Origin: Propionibacteriaceae bacterium
GTDB lineage: Bacteria; Actinomycetota; Actinomycetes; Propionibacteriales; Propionibacteriaceae
Assembly: GCA_036519615.1 (NCBI GenBank)
Contig: DATDKX010000292.1
Coordinates: 1-46,735, forward strand
DNA length: 46,735 nt
Reading direction: 5' to 3'
A program made the translations under genes and the position numbers. Positions 46,428 to 46,735 of the stretch are shown here, one piece after another (the first letter of the stretch is position 1; each line of letters starts with the position of its first letter). The notes under the pieces were generated by a model. The model saw only the letters and a program-made list of their open reading frames with translations. It did not search any database and had not been told where the DNA came from.

Positions 46428-46735
46428 TGATTGATCTCCTGGGGCTTGTACGTCGGCTGGTCCGGTGGGTGCTCATGATGTGCGAATGCGGCCGATTCGG
46501 GGATTGTTGAGTGCTCATGATGTGCGGATGCGGCCGATTCGGGGATTGTTGAGGCAGTCTCATGCAGATGGGCGGGAATCCTGATGGTGAATGTGGAGCC
46601 CTGGCCTACCTGGCTCCAAACCGCCGCCTCGCCGCCATGAATAGCGGCGATGTGCTTGACAATCGCAAGCCCAAGTCCCGTACCTCCATTAGCTCGGCTG
46701 CGCGCGTAATCAACTCGGTAGAAACGCTCGAAGAT
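46424..46735 (-). CDS. senX3: Sensor histidine kinase SenX3 (3' end only)
   Basis: Manual translation [28 protein letters not shown]...GSTFTIRIP...; TGA overlaps the regX3 ATG. Confidence 0.9.
   Translation of the reverse strand: MFERFYRVDYARSRANGGTGLGLAIVKHIAAIHGGEAAVWSQVGQGSTFTIRIPAHLHETASTIPESAASAHHEHSTIPESAAFAHHEHPPDQPTYKPQEINQ
46469..46552. repeat. 42-bp tandem repeat x2 (1 mismatch), in frame in the senX3 tail
   Basis: GTGCTCATGATGTGCG(A/G)ATGCGGCCGATTCGGGGATTGTTGA at 46469 and 46511; encodes STIPESAA(S/F)AHHEH. Confidence 0.95.

Overview
High-GC actinobacterial chromosomal window. The gene set (msiK with its RNA motif, carD, regX3/senX3, long-type glyA, many apparently leaderless genes) suggests Propionibacteriales or a relative; this is inference. 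(1) 1-14023: an amine/aromatic catabolic island encoding a glutamine-synthetase-like gamma-glutamyl ligase, cytochrome P450, two gamma-glutamyl hydrolase-type amidotransferases, a PDR/VanB reductase, a Rieske oxygenase that has lost two of its four [2Fe-2S] ligands, two aldehyde dehydrogenases, an HpaD-type extradiol dioxygenase, an FAH-family enzyme, an MppR/Sbi00515-like Adc-fold enzyme, an APC permease and a MarR repressor. Five copies of a 20-bp palindrome sit on its promoters. (2) 14.0-19.0 kb: housekeeping and stress genes (YbhB, purC, csbD, sulfite oxidase-like, VOC, macrodomain). (3) ~19.0-23.1 kb: a decayed phiRv2-like integrase element with an intact integrase, truncated helicase, iteron/ori-like region, WhiB remnant and DosR-box-linked DUF1918/CBS cargo. 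(4) 23.1-38.1 kb: kbl-tdh and sdaA separated by a 660-bp structured intergenic region that looks like two divergent small RNAs with complementary loops, then msiK, an acyl-CoA module, cysS-rlmB-glyA. (5) 38.1-46.7 kb: frameshifted GAF-LuxR regulator, MBL-fold protein, DUF2207, zinc peptidase, ispF with an apparent CTG start directly after carD (ispD absent), regX3 and the senX3 3' end with a 42-bp tandem repeat. A dispersed structured repeat (stem-GCTCGC...GCTCGC-stem) occurs five times. All calls come from reading the sequence by eye; no searches were run.
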